From positions 77,500,001 through 77,564,000 of the forward strand of contig OX597827.1 of the NCBI GenBank assembly GCA_951406725.2: a stretch of 64,000 bases of DNA. The letters run 5' to 3'. A program made the translations under genes and the position numbers. The stretch comes from Octopus vulgaris. Its lineage: Eukaryota. Positions 13,112-26,929 of this stretch are shown here, piece after piece (position 1 is the stretch's first letter; every line of letters begins with the position of its first letter). A model generated the notes under the pieces. It was not told where the DNA came from, did not search any database, and saw only the letters and a program-made list of their open reading frames with translations.

Positions 13112-13428
13112 GCAGCACTCTGTCAGTTACGACAACGAGGGTCCCAGCTGATACGTTCAACAGAACAGCTTACTCGTGAAATTAATGTGCAAGTGGCTGA
13201 GCACTCCACAGACATGTGTACCCTAAATGTAGTTCTCAAGGAGATTCAGCATGACCCAGAGTGTAACAAGGCTGGCCCTTTGAAATATAGGTACAACTCC
13301 TTTTTACCAGGTGAGTGGACTGGAGCAACACGAAATAAAGTGTCTTGCTTAAGGACACAATCACTGGGAATTGAACTCACAACCTTATAATCGTGAGACG
13401 AATGCCCTAACCACTAAGCCATGCACCT
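13112..13428 (-). mobile_element. tRNA-derived SINE family E (CORE-like)
   Basis: Minus strand: A box TGGCTTAGTGG, B box GAGTTCAATTCC, then GTGTCCTTAAGCAAGACACTTTATTTCGTGTTGCTCCAGTCCACTCA. Related copies lie at 46970 and 53930. Confidence 0.75.
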
Positions 13429-13521
13429 TGTATATATATGTATATATATATATACACATACATGCACACACGCATATATATATGTACGATGGGCTTCTGC
13501 TGTGTGTGTATATATATATAT

Positions 13522-13556
<35 letters not shown>

Positions 13557-13644
13557 TTAGGGACTATAACTCCAAACTTACAGGGAAAAATTTAATTTAG
13601 TACTAAATCAAATTTCACAATATAAATACATAATATATATAAAT

Positions 13645-13917
13645 TAGAGAAAAACCACTATTATGCAATTCAAACAATAATAGACATCAACGAAATCATA
13701 AATAAAAAATAAAATATATTAAAAACATATAACTAGATCACAAAAGTACAAAAAATGAATAAACAATATATAATAAGTAAAAAGGCTACGTACGTTTTAT
13801 TATATATTGTTTATTTTTTTGTACTTTTTGTGATCTAGTTATATGTTTTATAAAATATTTTATTTTTTCTATATGATTTGGTTTATGTCTATCATTGAAT
13901 TACATAATAGTGGTTTT

Positions 13918-13923
<6 letters not shown>
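13645..13923. repeat. AT-rich inverted repeat (about 125-bp arms), possibly a Penelope-like inverted pLTR
   Basis: TAGAGAAAAACCACTATTATG...AAACAATATATAATAA (13645-13776) pairs with TTATTATATATTGTTT...CATAATAGTGGTTTTTCTCTA (13798-13923). The spacer contains GGCTACGTACGTT. Confidence 0.7.
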
Positions 13924-13972
<49 letters not shown>

Positions 13973-14490
13973 ATGTGTATGTGTGTGTATACATACATAC
14001 ATTCATATATATACATATATATGTGTGTATATATATAAATATATATATATATGTATGTATATAAATATGCATATATATATATGTATAGATTGTATGTATA
14101 GACATGTATGTGTATATATATATACACTCACACACATGCGCGCACGCACACACACACGTGTGCAAGTACACACATACACACACACACACATACACATATC
14201 CACAGTATATCCTGACATCTCTTATACAGCAAGACACTTGTCTCTCACCAACTGGTCCCTCATTCAATAGTTAGGTCTTTATTTCATAAGTAACTTGGTG
14301 ACCCCACAGGTGTTGGTGCCACAAAAAATGCACCCAGTACAATCTGCAAAGTGCTTGGCACCAGGAAGAGTGTGCAGCTGTAAAAATTGTGCCAAAGCAG
14401 ACAATGGGGCTTGCCACCTTTTGTCAAACTGTCCAAACCATGGAAAACAGATGTTAAATGATGATGATGATGATGATGATAATGACAATA

Positions 14491-14790
<300 letters not shown>

Positions 14791-15904
14791 CATACATACA
14801 TACATAGATCATGTGACAAATCAGACTATTGGATGTTGTTATACATCACTGGTCACAATGCACTTTGCATTGTTTTCTGGCTTTTGAGTGATGCCACCCT
14901 GCTGTTTAGGCAAACAGGCTAATGTTCCTTCTGATCAAAAGACTATTCTGTTGTCTGGTACCCTATTTACAGTTGACTGGACTGGTACAACATGAAATGA
15001 AGGGTTTTGCTCAAGAACACAATGTGCTGCCTGGTCCTGGAATCGAACCCATTGTCTACCATACTTCTGTTTAAATACATTGCCTTTATTTTAATTAATT
15101 TTCAAAATAATTAAAAATTTAGTAAAATAACTTTTGTCATTATTAAGCTGATAGTTAGCATGAAAATTTTGATGGAAGATTTTAATTTAAATCATAGCAA
15201 ATCAGGAGGTTTGTGCCATAGAACCAAGAGAGGTGGTCTCGGGTGGGTTGGTATGAGAAGGATTTCAAAATGTAAGGTTTCTTAACTAATTACTACAAGA
15301 CATACCCCAATGCTTCAACAATTTTATCATATCACTACTTTTCTTCGATAATATAGCCTTGAAAGAGTTACTGATCACTCAGTCACCCTTCCCCAGCATG
15401 CCCTCATGGGTATTCAGTTGTTTTAGTCCAGGTATATGAACAGACTCTAAAATGCCGTTTTCTTGTTGTTGCTGAGTTAGCTCCCATCAAGCAAGCACAT
15501 AATCCAAGACATTCCAACAATGATCATCATGTCTTTTTCCCAAACATGTTTCATCATCAACGACATTCATTTTTCCTTTTAAAAGACAATAAGATGTCAT
15601 TTGGGGTAGTTTTAGCTGCTTTTCTTAGCATATTGTATAACCACATACAGGTTGCCTCAATGACCCGTTACTGTTGATGTTGTTGTTGCTTAGCTCTAGG
15701 TTTTATTTGATCAAAAACCAAGCTGCAATTAACAACATTCCAGCCATAGCCATCTCACCTCATTCACAGGTAATGTATTTAGGGCCACATTATTTAATGT
15801 GTCTCTGCTCTTATAAGATAGTAAGGTGTGAACTAAGGGGAATTCAGCTGTTATTTCTAGCATGTGGGGGGCACCAAGTAAGAGCTCCCACTGGTAAGAA
15901 TTGT

Positions 15905-15906
15905 AT

Positions 15907-15954
<48 letters not shown>

Positions 15955-16350
15955 CAGCAGCAGCAGCAGCAGCAGCAGCAGTTGTGGTGATGGTGGTGTA
16001 GCTCCAGACCAGCTCTGAAGCGGGCAGAGACATCATCAGCGATGTTCCTTGCATGGCCATCCATTCTTGGGTTTAGTCATAGTGTATGTAGGACTACCAT
16101 TGCTTAACGTGTCATTCCCTCCCTGAGATGGTAGGCAGGATGTGATTCGAGGGAGATTTGGTTGCTACTTCGAGCAGGTCTGGTCACCATCTAAAGGCCA
16201 TCCCAATGCCATGTTATAACCATTGACCACCACCACTACCACCACCACCACCACCACCACCACCACCACCACCATCATCATCGTCGTCGTCGTCGTCGTC
16301 ATCGTCATCATCGTCATCATCATCCTCATCATCATCCACATCATCATCCA

Positions 16351-16383
<33 letters not shown>

Positions 16384-17686
16384 TCACTAGTTGTGATGGT
16401 TGTGGTGCTAGTGAGGGTGGTGGTGTGGATTATCGCTGGTGATGATGATATGATGGTGGTGGTAGTAATAATGGTTTTGTGGTGGTGGTGGTGGCGGAGG
16501 CAGTAGTGGTGGCAATGATGAAGGCGGTGGGTGAGGGTGACAGTAGTTATAATGATGACAATAGAAGTGGTGTTGGTGATGATGACGATGATGATGATGG
16601 CTTTATTGTTGATGCAGGTGGTTGGGTGTTGGTGGTGATGATGATGATGATGTTTGGTATACCACTTGATGGTCACCATGTTGATGGTGATGGTGGTTAT
16701 GTTGATGATGGCGATGACGATGACAGCTCTGATGTTGATGTGGGTGGTTGGTTGTTGGTGGCGATGGTAGTTATGGTATTGATGGTGACAGCAGTGGTGA
16801 GGGTGGTGGTAGTAATGGCAGTGGTGGTGGTGGTGGTGGCGTCGATAGTGGTGGTTATGGTGGTGGTGTTGATGGTGGTGGTGGATGTGTTGTTATTGTT
16901 GCTGATGTTGGTGGTGGTGGTGGTTGTGATGATGTTTATGGTTGTGGCATTAATTATAATTACAGTAGTGGTGGTGGTAAGGTGACAGTGGTAGTGGAGG
17001 TGGTGGAGATGATGCTAATGATGATGATAGTGGTGATACTGCTTCTGCTGCCGCTGCTGATGGTGGTGGTGGTGGTGGTGGTGCTGGTGGTGGTGGTGGT
17101 GGTGGGTGGTGGTGGTGGTGGTGGTGGTGGTGGTGGCGTTGATAGCGGTGTTTATGATGGTAGTGGTGGTGTTGGTGGTTATGGCACTAATTATAGTTAC
17201 AGAAGTGGCGATAGTGGTGGTGGTGGTGGTAGTGGTTGTGGCAGTGGTGTTGATAGTGATGGTGGTGGTGGTGGTGGTGGATGTGTTGTTACTACTGTTG
17301 TTGTAGATGTGGGTCCTTGTGGCACTAATTATAGTTATGGTGGCGGTGGTGGTGGTGGTGGTTGTGGTTGTGGTATGCAATGGTGGTGGTGGTGGTGGTG
17401 TTATGGTAATGTTAGTAAAGGTTCTCTGTTGCCAGTTCTGATAACCACGGTTGTGGTAGTAGAGGTGGAGGTGGCAGTGATGGTGACGGCTGCGGCGGTG
17501 GTGGTGGTGGTGGTCTTTGAGATAGTGGCCTTGATAATACCTAGCAATGCTTTATTATGTTTGCTGCTGCTGCTGCTGACAGTAATGATGGTGGTGGTGG
17601 TGGTGGTGATGGGGGGTGGGTGGCATTGTTTGTTATTGTTAATGGTAGTGGTGGTGATGGTGGTGGCAGTTCTGCTAACAATGGTC

Positions 17687-17740
<54 letters not shown>

Positions 17741-18181
17741 CAGCAGTAGTATAGGTGGTGGCGACAACATTGATACACCTAATAGTGATTACACAGAAAT
17801 AGTAATGGTGGTAGTAGTAGTAGTAATAGTAGTAATAGTAGTGGTGGCGGTGGTGGTGGTGGTTGTGGTGGAGATGTCAGTGACAGCACAATGCTGATAA
17901 TGGTTGTTGTAGTAGTAGTCGTGGTGGATGGCGAAAGGGTGGGGGAGGAGAGGGGGTAACTGATGGAGATAGTGGCCATGGTGATGCTGTTGTTGTTGTT
18001 GTTGCCGTTATTGATTGCGGTGGTGGTGGTGGTGATAAGGACAATGATGGGGGAGGTGGGAGTAATGCTGTCCATGATAATGGTTGTGATGGTGATGGTG
18101 ATGGTGGCGACAGAGAGACTGATTGTTATTGGTGGTGATTATTGGAAAGATAATGATGGTGATGGTGATGGTGATGATGAC

Positions 18182-18221
<40 letters not shown>

Positions 18222-18337
18222 GTGGTGATGATGACGAGGATGGTGGTGGTGGTGGTGGTGATGATGATGATGATAGTGATGATGATGATGATGACGAGGA
18301 TGGTGGTGGTGGTGGTGAAGCCTATGATGATGATGAG

Positions 18338-18398
<61 letters not shown>

Positions 18399-18532
18399 GG
18401 TGATGATGATGGTGATGATGATGATGGTGACGAGGATGATGATGATGATGGTGGTGGTGGTGGTGATGCTTATGATGATGATGATGATGATGCCCATGAT
18501 GATGATGGTGACGAGGATGATGATGATGATGG

Positions 18533-18563
<31 letters not shown>

Positions 18564-19855
18564 GATGCCCATGATGATGATGATGATGACAATAACTTTG
18601 ATGATGATGATGATGATGGTGGTGGTGATTCTAGTAGTGATGATGATGATGCTGGTAGTAATTGTGCTATTGATGCTGCTGCTGATGATGAGAGGGATGG
18701 TGGTGGTGGTGGTGGTGGTGGTGGTGGTGGTGGTGGTGGTGGTGATGATGATGATGATGATGATGATGACAATAACTTTGATGATAATAATGGGGACGTT
18801 ACAGTTACTGTTGTTAAATTTGATGCTGGTGATGATGATGAGGTGGAGGAGGAGGAGGAGGGGGAAGAAGATCATTGTGATGGTGGTGGTGACTACATGG
18901 TGATGTTGATGCTAGCGATTGTGATGATGATTATGTTGATGGTGGTGGTGGTGGTGGTTGTGATAGTAACCATGGTGATGGTGGTGATGATGGTGATGAC
19001 AGTGGTGTTGCAGATGATGATGATGATGATAATTGTGATGATGTTGATTGTTGTGGTTGTGATTGGTGGTCATTGTAACTATATCAATGATGATGATGAT
19101 GATGATGTTTTGTTGACACCCAGGTCAGTCCTGACTGAGCAGATTCCCACCACCACCACCACCACCACCACCACCACCACCACCACTCCTGTGATCAAAA
19201 TCACTCTATCCATGACCATCCCATCGGAGACAACGCTATCAAATGTCTCCTTAACCTCTTTACGTCTCTTTCAAATGACAAGAATCGAAGGAGATTTGAC
19301 TGCTCTTTCTAGCCATGCAAGTGACCAACCAATGTAGAGACTCTCACACTGGCTTTGATGACAACGACGATGATGATGATGTGATGATAGTGATGGGAGA
19401 AGTGTGTGTGAGGAAGGGGCGAAGCAAATGGTAGTGAGGATGATTGTGATGATGGTGATGGTGATGGTGATGGTGATGGTGATGATGATGGTTCTAGTTG
19501 TGGTAATACCAATTATACTACAGATAGTGGTGGTGGTGGTGGTGGTAGTAGTGTTGGTGTTGGCGGCGGTGGTGGTGGTGATTGTGGGAGTAGTGGCAGG
19601 TACAGCGATACTACTGCTGCTCTTAGTAGCAGCAGCGATGCTGATGTTGATCGTGGTGATGGTGTTGGTGGTGGTGGTGGTGGTGGTTGCGACAGTTGTT
19701 GTAGTAGTAATGCTGCTGGTAACGATAGTAATAATAGGTGTTGTGGTGGTGGGTGGTGGTGGTAGTAGTGGTGATGCTGATGTTATTAACGGCAGCAATA
19801 ACAATGGTAGGGAAGGCTGCAACTCTAATGATGTTGCTGCTGTTGTTATTGGCAA

Positions 19856-19902
<47 letters not shown>

Positions 19903-20380
19903 ATAATATTAACAGTGGAGACAGCGGTGGTGTTAGTGATGGTTACGGTGGTGGTGGTGGTGGGTGCTGTTGTTGTTGTTGTTGTCGGTGGTGGTGTTGG
20001 CGGTAGTAGGGTCTCCTGGTGTTGTTGTTGTTGTTATTGGTGGTGGTGGTGGTGAAAATAATGATGATGCTGGTTGTTGTTGTTGGTGGTGGTGGTGGTG
20101 GTGACATTTGTGGAGCTGGTGGTGGCGTTAGTGACGGTTGTGGTATTGGTGGTGGTGGTAGTGGTGGTGGTGGTGCTATATTAATAATGATAATGATGAT
20201 GATGATGATGATGGGAGTGGTATCAGAGATTGTAGATATTGTGTTGTTGATGCTGATGATGTAAATAATTACGATGGTGGAGGTGGAGGTTGTAGTAGTG
20301 GTGGTGTTACTCCTCGTGGAGGTGGTGGCAGTGGTGGTCTAGTTGTGGTGAAGATCATAACCACAGTGGTAGTGATGCTG

Positions 20381-20417
<37 letters not shown>

Positions 20418-20625
20418 CAGGAGCAGTAGCAGCAGTAGTAGCAGCAGTAGTAGCAGCAGCAGTAGCAGCAGTAGTAGCAGCAGGGACAGCGGTTATTGTG
20501 GTGGTGGTGGTACTAGCTGCAGTAGTAGTAGTAGTAGTAGTCATAGTAGTAACATTTATGGTGGTGGCGGTGGTGATGCCTATGATGATGATGATGATGA
20601 TGATGACGACTATGATGATGACTAC

Positions 20626-20660
<35 letters not shown>

Positions 20661-21010
20661 CTACGATGGCGATGATGATGATGATGATGATTGGCGCCGG
20701 TTGTGATGGTCACTGTGATGTGGTTGTAGTTGCCGTTGTGAAGATGGCAACGGATGTTGTGGTGTTGGTAGTGGTACAGTTATGGTGAAGCTGGTAGTTG
20801 AAGTGGTTAATGGTGACACTAGCAGTTGTGACGGTAGTAGCACTAGTAGTGGTTGTGGCTGTTGTGTTGGTGGCAGTGGTGGTAGTGATTGCTGGTGGAG
20901 GTGGTGGTGGTGGTGGTGGTGGTGGTGGTGATGGCACTGTTTGCAGCAGTCTCTGATGCTGATGTTGCTCATGGTGGTGGTGGTGGTGGTGGTGGTGGTG
21001 GTGGTGTAAT
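15905..21010. repeat. Long G+T-biased cryptic trinucleotide block (GGT/GAT/AGT/GCT/GTT)
   Basis: Directly visible. Interrupted by a degenerate SINE-like remnant at about 19110-19355. Confidence 0.95.
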
Positions 21011-21342
21011 ATGTGAAACCAGTTGGGTTCTCCCAAGAGTTTCCTAAATCAATCAATCAATCCTCAAAATAATAGGAGAAAGAGAGAGAGAGAGAGAAGG
21101 AAGGGTAGGGAGAAGGGGGAAGGTGAAAGACACAAAAAAGGTGATTGTGAATGAGAGGAAGAGAAGGAGAGGTAGAGAGTGAGAGAGAGAGAGAAAAGCA
21201 ATGAAAGTAAGAGAGACATTAGACAAATCTATCTATATATATAATACATACATACATATATATATGTATGTATGTATATATATATGTATGTATATATATA
21301 TATATGTATGTATGTATATATATATATATGTATGTATATAGA

Positions 21343-21411
<69 letters not shown>

Positions 21412-21414
<3 letters not shown>

Positions 21415-21766
21415 TGCATAGTTCTGGGTTCAGTCCCACTGTGTCGCACCTTGGGCAAGTGTCTTCTAGTATAGCCACAGGCCGACCAAAGCCTTGTGAG
21501 TGGATTTGGTAGACGGAAACTGAAAGAAGCCTGTCGTATATATGTATATACATATATATATGTGTGTGTGTGTGTCAGTGTTTGTCCTTCCACCATCGCT
21601 TGACAACCGATGCTGGTGTGTTTATGTCCCCGTAACTTAGTGGTTCGGCAAAAGAGTCCGATAGAATAAGTATTAGGCTTACAAAGAATAATTCTTGGGG
21701 TTGATTTGCCCGACTAAAGGTGGTGCTTCAGCATGGCCGCAGTCAAATTACTGAAACAAGTAAAAG

Positions 21767-21770
<4 letters not shown>
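21412..21770 (+). mobile_element. SINE family B
   Basis: GGTTCAGTCCCACTGTGTCGCACCTTGGGCAAGTGTCTTCT ... internal (TA/TG)n ... CAGCATGGCCGCAGTCAAATTACTGAAACAAGTAAAAGA. Confidence 0.85.
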
Positions 21771-21845
<75 letters not shown>

Positions 21846-21890
21846 TATATATGTATATATATATATGTCTGTATATATATATATATAAAT

Positions 21891-21934
<44 letters not shown>

Positions 21935-21935
21935 G

Positions 21936-21977
<42 letters not shown>

Positions 21978-22054
21978 TAATATAATATAATGTTGACAAT
22001 GAAATGGTGTTGGTGATGGCGATGATGATGACGATAGTAGTTATGGCATTGGGT

Positions 22055-22088
<34 letters not shown>

Positions 22089-22219
22089 CACACATATAAA
22101 ATATATATACAGAGAGAGAGAGTGGGAGGGAGAGGGAAAGAGAGAGATAGGTAGATGGACATACAGATACATCGAAATGGGACGGACTGACAGACAGAGG
22201 ATCGATAAATATATTTACT

Positions 22220-22620
22220 AATGTCTATGGGTGATTTGATTGTTTTTGATCATGACAACAGTGGTGATGATGATGATGATAATGATAAAGATGATGGTAA
22301 TGATGAGGACAATGATGAGGATAATATTGATGATGATGATGATTATATCGACGATGATGATGGTGTTGATGATGATGATAAAGATGATGGCTATGATGCT
22401 TATGATGCTTATGATGATGATGATGATGACGGTGATGATGTTGTTTATGATGGTGGTGGTGTTGATGATAGTTACAATGATGATGATGGTTACAATAATG
22501 ACGATGATGATGGCTATGACGACGATGGTTACAATAATGGTTATGATGATAATGATGATGATGGTCATGATGATTACAATGATGATGATGGTGATGATCT
22601 TGATAATGTTCAGAAAGTGG
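22220..22620. repeat. (GAT)n-rich block
   Basis: Degenerate gat/aat/ggt triplets. Confidence 0.9.
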
Positions 22621-23312
22621 ATCCTGATGATTCTTCTTCAACAGTTGGCTTTAAAGACTAGAACCACACCAGTCTGCATTTTCTATCATGTTAAAATATT
22701 TCAATTAACTGATTTGAATGGAATTATCTCCCTTACTGTGTTTTTTTTTTTTTTTTTGCTTTTTTATTGGTCAAATAATTGATCAGACAATTTTCCCAGC
22801 CAAATGGTTTTCTCATGCAAGCTACTTGACAACCCCTGTGGCGCTGGTACAATGCAAAAGCACCAGTGTCGGTGTCACATAAAAAGCACCTACTACACTC
22901 TATAGAGTGGTTGGCGTTTGGGAAGGACATCCAGCCATAAATAGTATGACAAAACAGGAAATTGGAATTTGCCAGCTCCTATCAGAATGTCCAACCCATG
23001 ACAGCATGGAAAACATATGTTAAATGCTGGTGATGATGATGATAATGATGACTAAACTTTTTGTGTGAGACCTTACCATTTCAAACATGTCCACACACAC
23101 ACACACATATACAGTTCAAATTTATAGAAAAACAAAGAGAGAGACAGAAGTAGGAACAACAAGAAAGTGTAGAAGTTTGATGCTTGGAAAAAATGGAAAG
23201 TCTTTGACAGAAAGGAATAAGAGGAACTAAACAGAGAGAGAATGAAAAAAAATGTGTTGAGTTCAGTGGTCCGACACATATAGATTATGTTTAACACACA
23301 TATATATATATA

Positions 23313-23898
23313 AAGGGTGTCCCAGAAGTCATGCACTATTCTGGTTTTCATTTGTGCCGGTGGCACATAAAGAGCACCATCCGAACATGGCCGATGCCAG
23401 CGCTGCCTCGATTGGCTCCAGTGCTGGTGGAACATAAAAAGCACCATCCGAACGTGGCCGATGCCAGCGCTGCCTCGACTGGCTCCAGTGCCGGTGGCAC
23501 ATAAAAAGCACCATCCGAACATGGCCGATGCCAACACCGCCTTGGCTGGCTTCCATGCCAGTGGCACGTTAAAAGCACCCACTACACTTGCGGAGTGGTT
23601 GGCGTTAGGAAGGGCATCCAACTGTAGAAACTCTGCCAGATCAGACTGGAGCCTGGTGCAGCCCCTGGCTTCCCAGACCCCGGTCGAACCGTCCAACCCG
23701 TGCTAGCGCGGAAAATGGATGTTAAACGATGATGATGATGAAAGCATTTTATTTTATTATATTTTTCTGCATGTTTTATTGTAGAGGGTGCTCAATTTGA
23801 GTATTTGTTATGATTGATTTCAATAAAGTGTTTTTGAAATCATTAAGGGTGTATTCTTTTAAAAAACCCGGGTGGTGCACAACTTCTGGGATACCCTG
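23313..23898. mobile_element. Tc1/mariner-type MITE interrupted by a family D insertion
   Basis: Left AAGGGTGTCCCAGAAGTCATGCAC versus reverse complement of right CAGGGTATCCCAGAAGTTGTGCAC (20/24 identical). TA-rich flanks. Confidence 0.65.
23354..23740 (+). mobile_element. Retroposon family D with three 67-bp internal tandem units and (ATG)n tail
   Basis: Units start at 23354, 23421 and 23488 (GTGCCGGTGGCACATAAAAAGCACCATCCGAAC...), then GGCGTTAGGAAGGGCATCCAACTGTAGAAA...GTTAAACGATGATGATGATG. Confidence 0.75.
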
Positions 23899-23920
23899 TC
23901 TAATATATATATATATATTA

Positions 23921-24652
23921 GGCGCAGGAGTGGGTGTGTGGTAAGTAGCTAGCTTACCAAACACATGGTTCTGGGTTCAGTCCCACTGTGTAGCACCTTA
24001 GGCAAGTGTCTTCTACTATAGCCTCGGGCCGACCAAAGCCTTGTGAGTGGATTTGGTAGACGGAAACTGAAAGAAGCCTGTTGTATATATATATATATCA
24101 TCATCATCATCATCATCGTTTAACGTCCGCTTTCCATGCTAGCATGGGTTGGACGGTTCAACTGGGGTCTGGGAAGCCCGAAGGCTGCACCAGGCCAGTC
24201 AGATGTGGCAGTGTTTCTACAGCTGGATGCCCTTCCTAACGCCAACCACTCCGAGAGTGTAGTGGGTGATTTTATGTGCCACCGACACAGGTGCCAGACG
24301 AGGCTGGCAGACGGCCACGCTCGGATGGTGTTTTTTATGTGCCACCGACACAGGTGCCAGACGAGGCTGGCAGACGGCCACGCTCGGATGGTGTTTTCTT
24401 ATGTGTCACCGACACAGGTGCCAGACGAGGCTATGTGTGTGTTTGTGTGTCTGTGTTTGTTATCCCCAACATCGCTTGACAACCAATGCTGGTGTGTTTA
24501 CATCCCTGTAACTTAGCAGTTCAGCAAAAGAAACTGATAGAATAAGTACTAGGCTTCCAAAGTATAAGTCCTGGGGTCGATTTGCTCAACTAAAGGTGGT
24601 GCTCCAGCATGGCCGCAGTCAAATGACTGAAACAAGTAAAAGAGTAAAGAGT
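23921..24652 (+). mobile_element. SINE family B split by an antisense family D copy
   Basis: Head GGCGCAGGAGTGG...GGAAACTGAAAGAAGCC to about 24095. The body resumes at about 24433 (TGTGTTTG...CCCCAACATCGCTTGACAACC) and ends AAGTAAAAGAGTAAAGAG. Confidence 0.85.
24098..24432 (-). mobile_element. Retroposon family D with about 63-bp internal tandem units
   Basis: (CAT)n + GTTTAACGTCCGCTTTCCATGCTAGCATGGG. Repeats of ATGTGCCACCGACACAGGTGCCAGACGAGGCT start at 24274, 24337 and 24401. Confidence 0.8.
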
Positions 24653-25379
24653 AAATATATATATCATCATCATCATCACCATCCTCATCATCACCATTTA
24701 ATGTCCATTTTACATGCTGGCATAAGTTGGACAGGCTGCCAAGTGACTTACAAGAGAAAGACCTCATCATCTAATGGGGAACAGGCAATGGCTGTGGGCT
24801 TAAGGAGTTTGTTTCCCAGCCATGTGGTTTTGGGGTCACTCCCACTGCCCAGCATCTTGGACGAGTGTTTTTACTTGCCCCACACCAACCAAAAGACTTG
24901 TGAATGGATTTGGTCAATGAAAAATGCAAAAAGCTTGTTGTATATCATCATCATCACCATCATCATCATTAATTTAACGTTCACTTTTCCATGCTTTCAA
25001 GATTTCTTCGGCCAGAAGCCTTTTCTGTCACCAAGTTTCATCTTTTTCTCCATGGCCAGAGAGGCTTTCCACCGCTTGTATGACAGGGATGCTCATTTAC
25101 AACTATCACCTGATATCAAGATGAGAATGTACAAGCACACACACACGCATGCATAGGTAAATACGACAGACTTTTCAGTTTCTGTCAAGGCTTTAGTCGA
25201 CCTGGGACTATAATAGAAGACCCTGCCCAAGGTCCAGTGGGGCTGAACCAGAAATATGTGATCAGGAAACAAATGTTTCAATCAACTTTCTAACCACACA
25301 CACATTGGACGTTCGCGCCCGCTCTCATGCACACGTTTACGAAAGAAGACTTAAGCTAAAAGCTTATAAAGCAATCCCT

Positions 25380-25473
25380 GGCGGAGGTAAAGAATACGCA
25401 CACCACCCGTTTTTCGGCATAACGAAAACCTTAGCCCTCTATACACCGGGTGTGCGTATTCTTTACCTTCGCC
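25380..25473. mobile_element. 94-bp Mutator(MULE)-like mini-MITE with 9-bp TSD
   Basis: 25-bp TIRs GGCGGAGGTAAAGAATACGCACACC / GGTGTGCGTATTCTTTACCTTCGCC (1 mismatch), flanked by exact GCAATCCCT at 25371-25379 and 25474-25482. Confidence 0.85.
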
Positions 25474-25950
25474 GCAATCCCTTCCCCCACAAACCCACGC
25501 ATACTCCATTTGTATATACACATACACATACACGTACACGTACGCACACTGTTACACAGGCATTACACAAATGCAGACGGCCATATATGTACAACGCACG
25601 GTTAATGAGCCTTCAGAGAATTCGAATTATCTCCCCTTACTTAAGGGCATTTTTGTTTTTTAAAGTAATGACGTATATGTAGCACCCCCTTCCCCCCCCA
25701 CACACATACACAAAATGTTGAAGGCATTTATTATATAAAGTTTGTGTGTGTGTGAAGACAGGTATGGCTATTATTTGTCTTTTCGATGAAACCCTTTAAA
25801 ATTAGAGCAATGCTCACGAATCGATAATAAAATGGATGTTTGCAGAACCTTTTCCGTAATGTAATCTAATTAGAATATTGTGCCGTTCTGTACATGGCTC
25901 TCTCCCTCTGTGTTCAGTGAAATTTCAAAATATCTTAAATCTAAATAGAA

Positions 25951-26183
25951 GGCGGCGAGCTGGCAGAAACGTTAGCAGGTCGGGCGAAATGCGTAGCCGT
26001 ATTTTGTCTGCCGTTACGTTCTGAGTTCAAATTCCGCCGAGGTCGACTTTGCCTTTCATCCTTTCGGGGGTTGATAAATTAAGTACCAGTTACTCACTGG
26101 GGTCGATATAATCGACTTAATACTTTGTCCTTGTTTGTCCCCTCTATATTTAGCCCCTTGTGGGTAATAAAGAAATATATATT
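25951..26183 (+). mobile_element. Full-length SINE family A with TSD
   Basis: Complete head-to-tail copy flanked by TTAAATCTAAATAGAA at 25935-25950 and 26184-26199. Confidence 0.9.
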
Positions 26184-26929
26184 TTAAATCTAAATAGAAT
26201 AAAGTGATGCTTCTAGTATGACAGTCCAACTGGGATCGAGAAATGACTATAGTAATTGACTTTATGTCCACCAGGTGTCGGTGTTTTAAGGTGTCAACTT
26301 CCGCCGGCAATCATGGCGAATTCTACTTTCGATTTCATCCATTTTGTTTTTTTGTTATTTTATATTTTGCTGTGTTTTGTAGATATAATTTCTGGTTAGT
26401 TTGGAGGAAATTAACCGAACCAAGTCAGCTAGATACTTTCACAGAGAAGAAAGTGGAGCAATTATTAATGAAAATTAAACTACATCTTGTCTTTGAGCTT
26501 TTTTTTTTCTTGTCTTTTTAAATGCCTCTGTGTTTACATTAAATTATTTTTCTTTTAAATATATATTATTATTTTCTTGTATTTTTAAGTATATTTTTAA
26601 TGAACGACTGATTGCTTGCGTCTCCGCTCTGCATATCCCGCCCATTCACTTAACCAGTTCGTTTAGTTTCTTTCCTCCCAATGTCTACTTTTGTACTCTG
26701 GCAGAAAGGAGACTTCGATTTTACCATCTCTTACAATCGGCAATTAGAAGACACGGATAGATTTAAAGAGACTTCAATTGCCAAGGCATTGGTTGCAGCA
26801 TATCTAAAGCATCGCTCTTCGTCAATGCGATAATATTTACGATTTCTTACAGAGATACCAACCAGGAATTTATTTCTGGTATTTATTTTAATGATCGTTT
26901 TCGGGAAGCTCTGAAAATAAAAAGCAATC

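Noticed and set aside
18123-19337. 404-aa Asp/Met/Val-rich ORF and similar long ORFs (16748-17689, 19404-20006, 10308-10661, 22221-22661) as acidic or Gly-rich structural proteins
   Set aside because: They arise from stop-poor GAT/GGT repeats, are open in several frames on both strands, switch homopolymer at slippage points, and lack a signal peptide or any domain.
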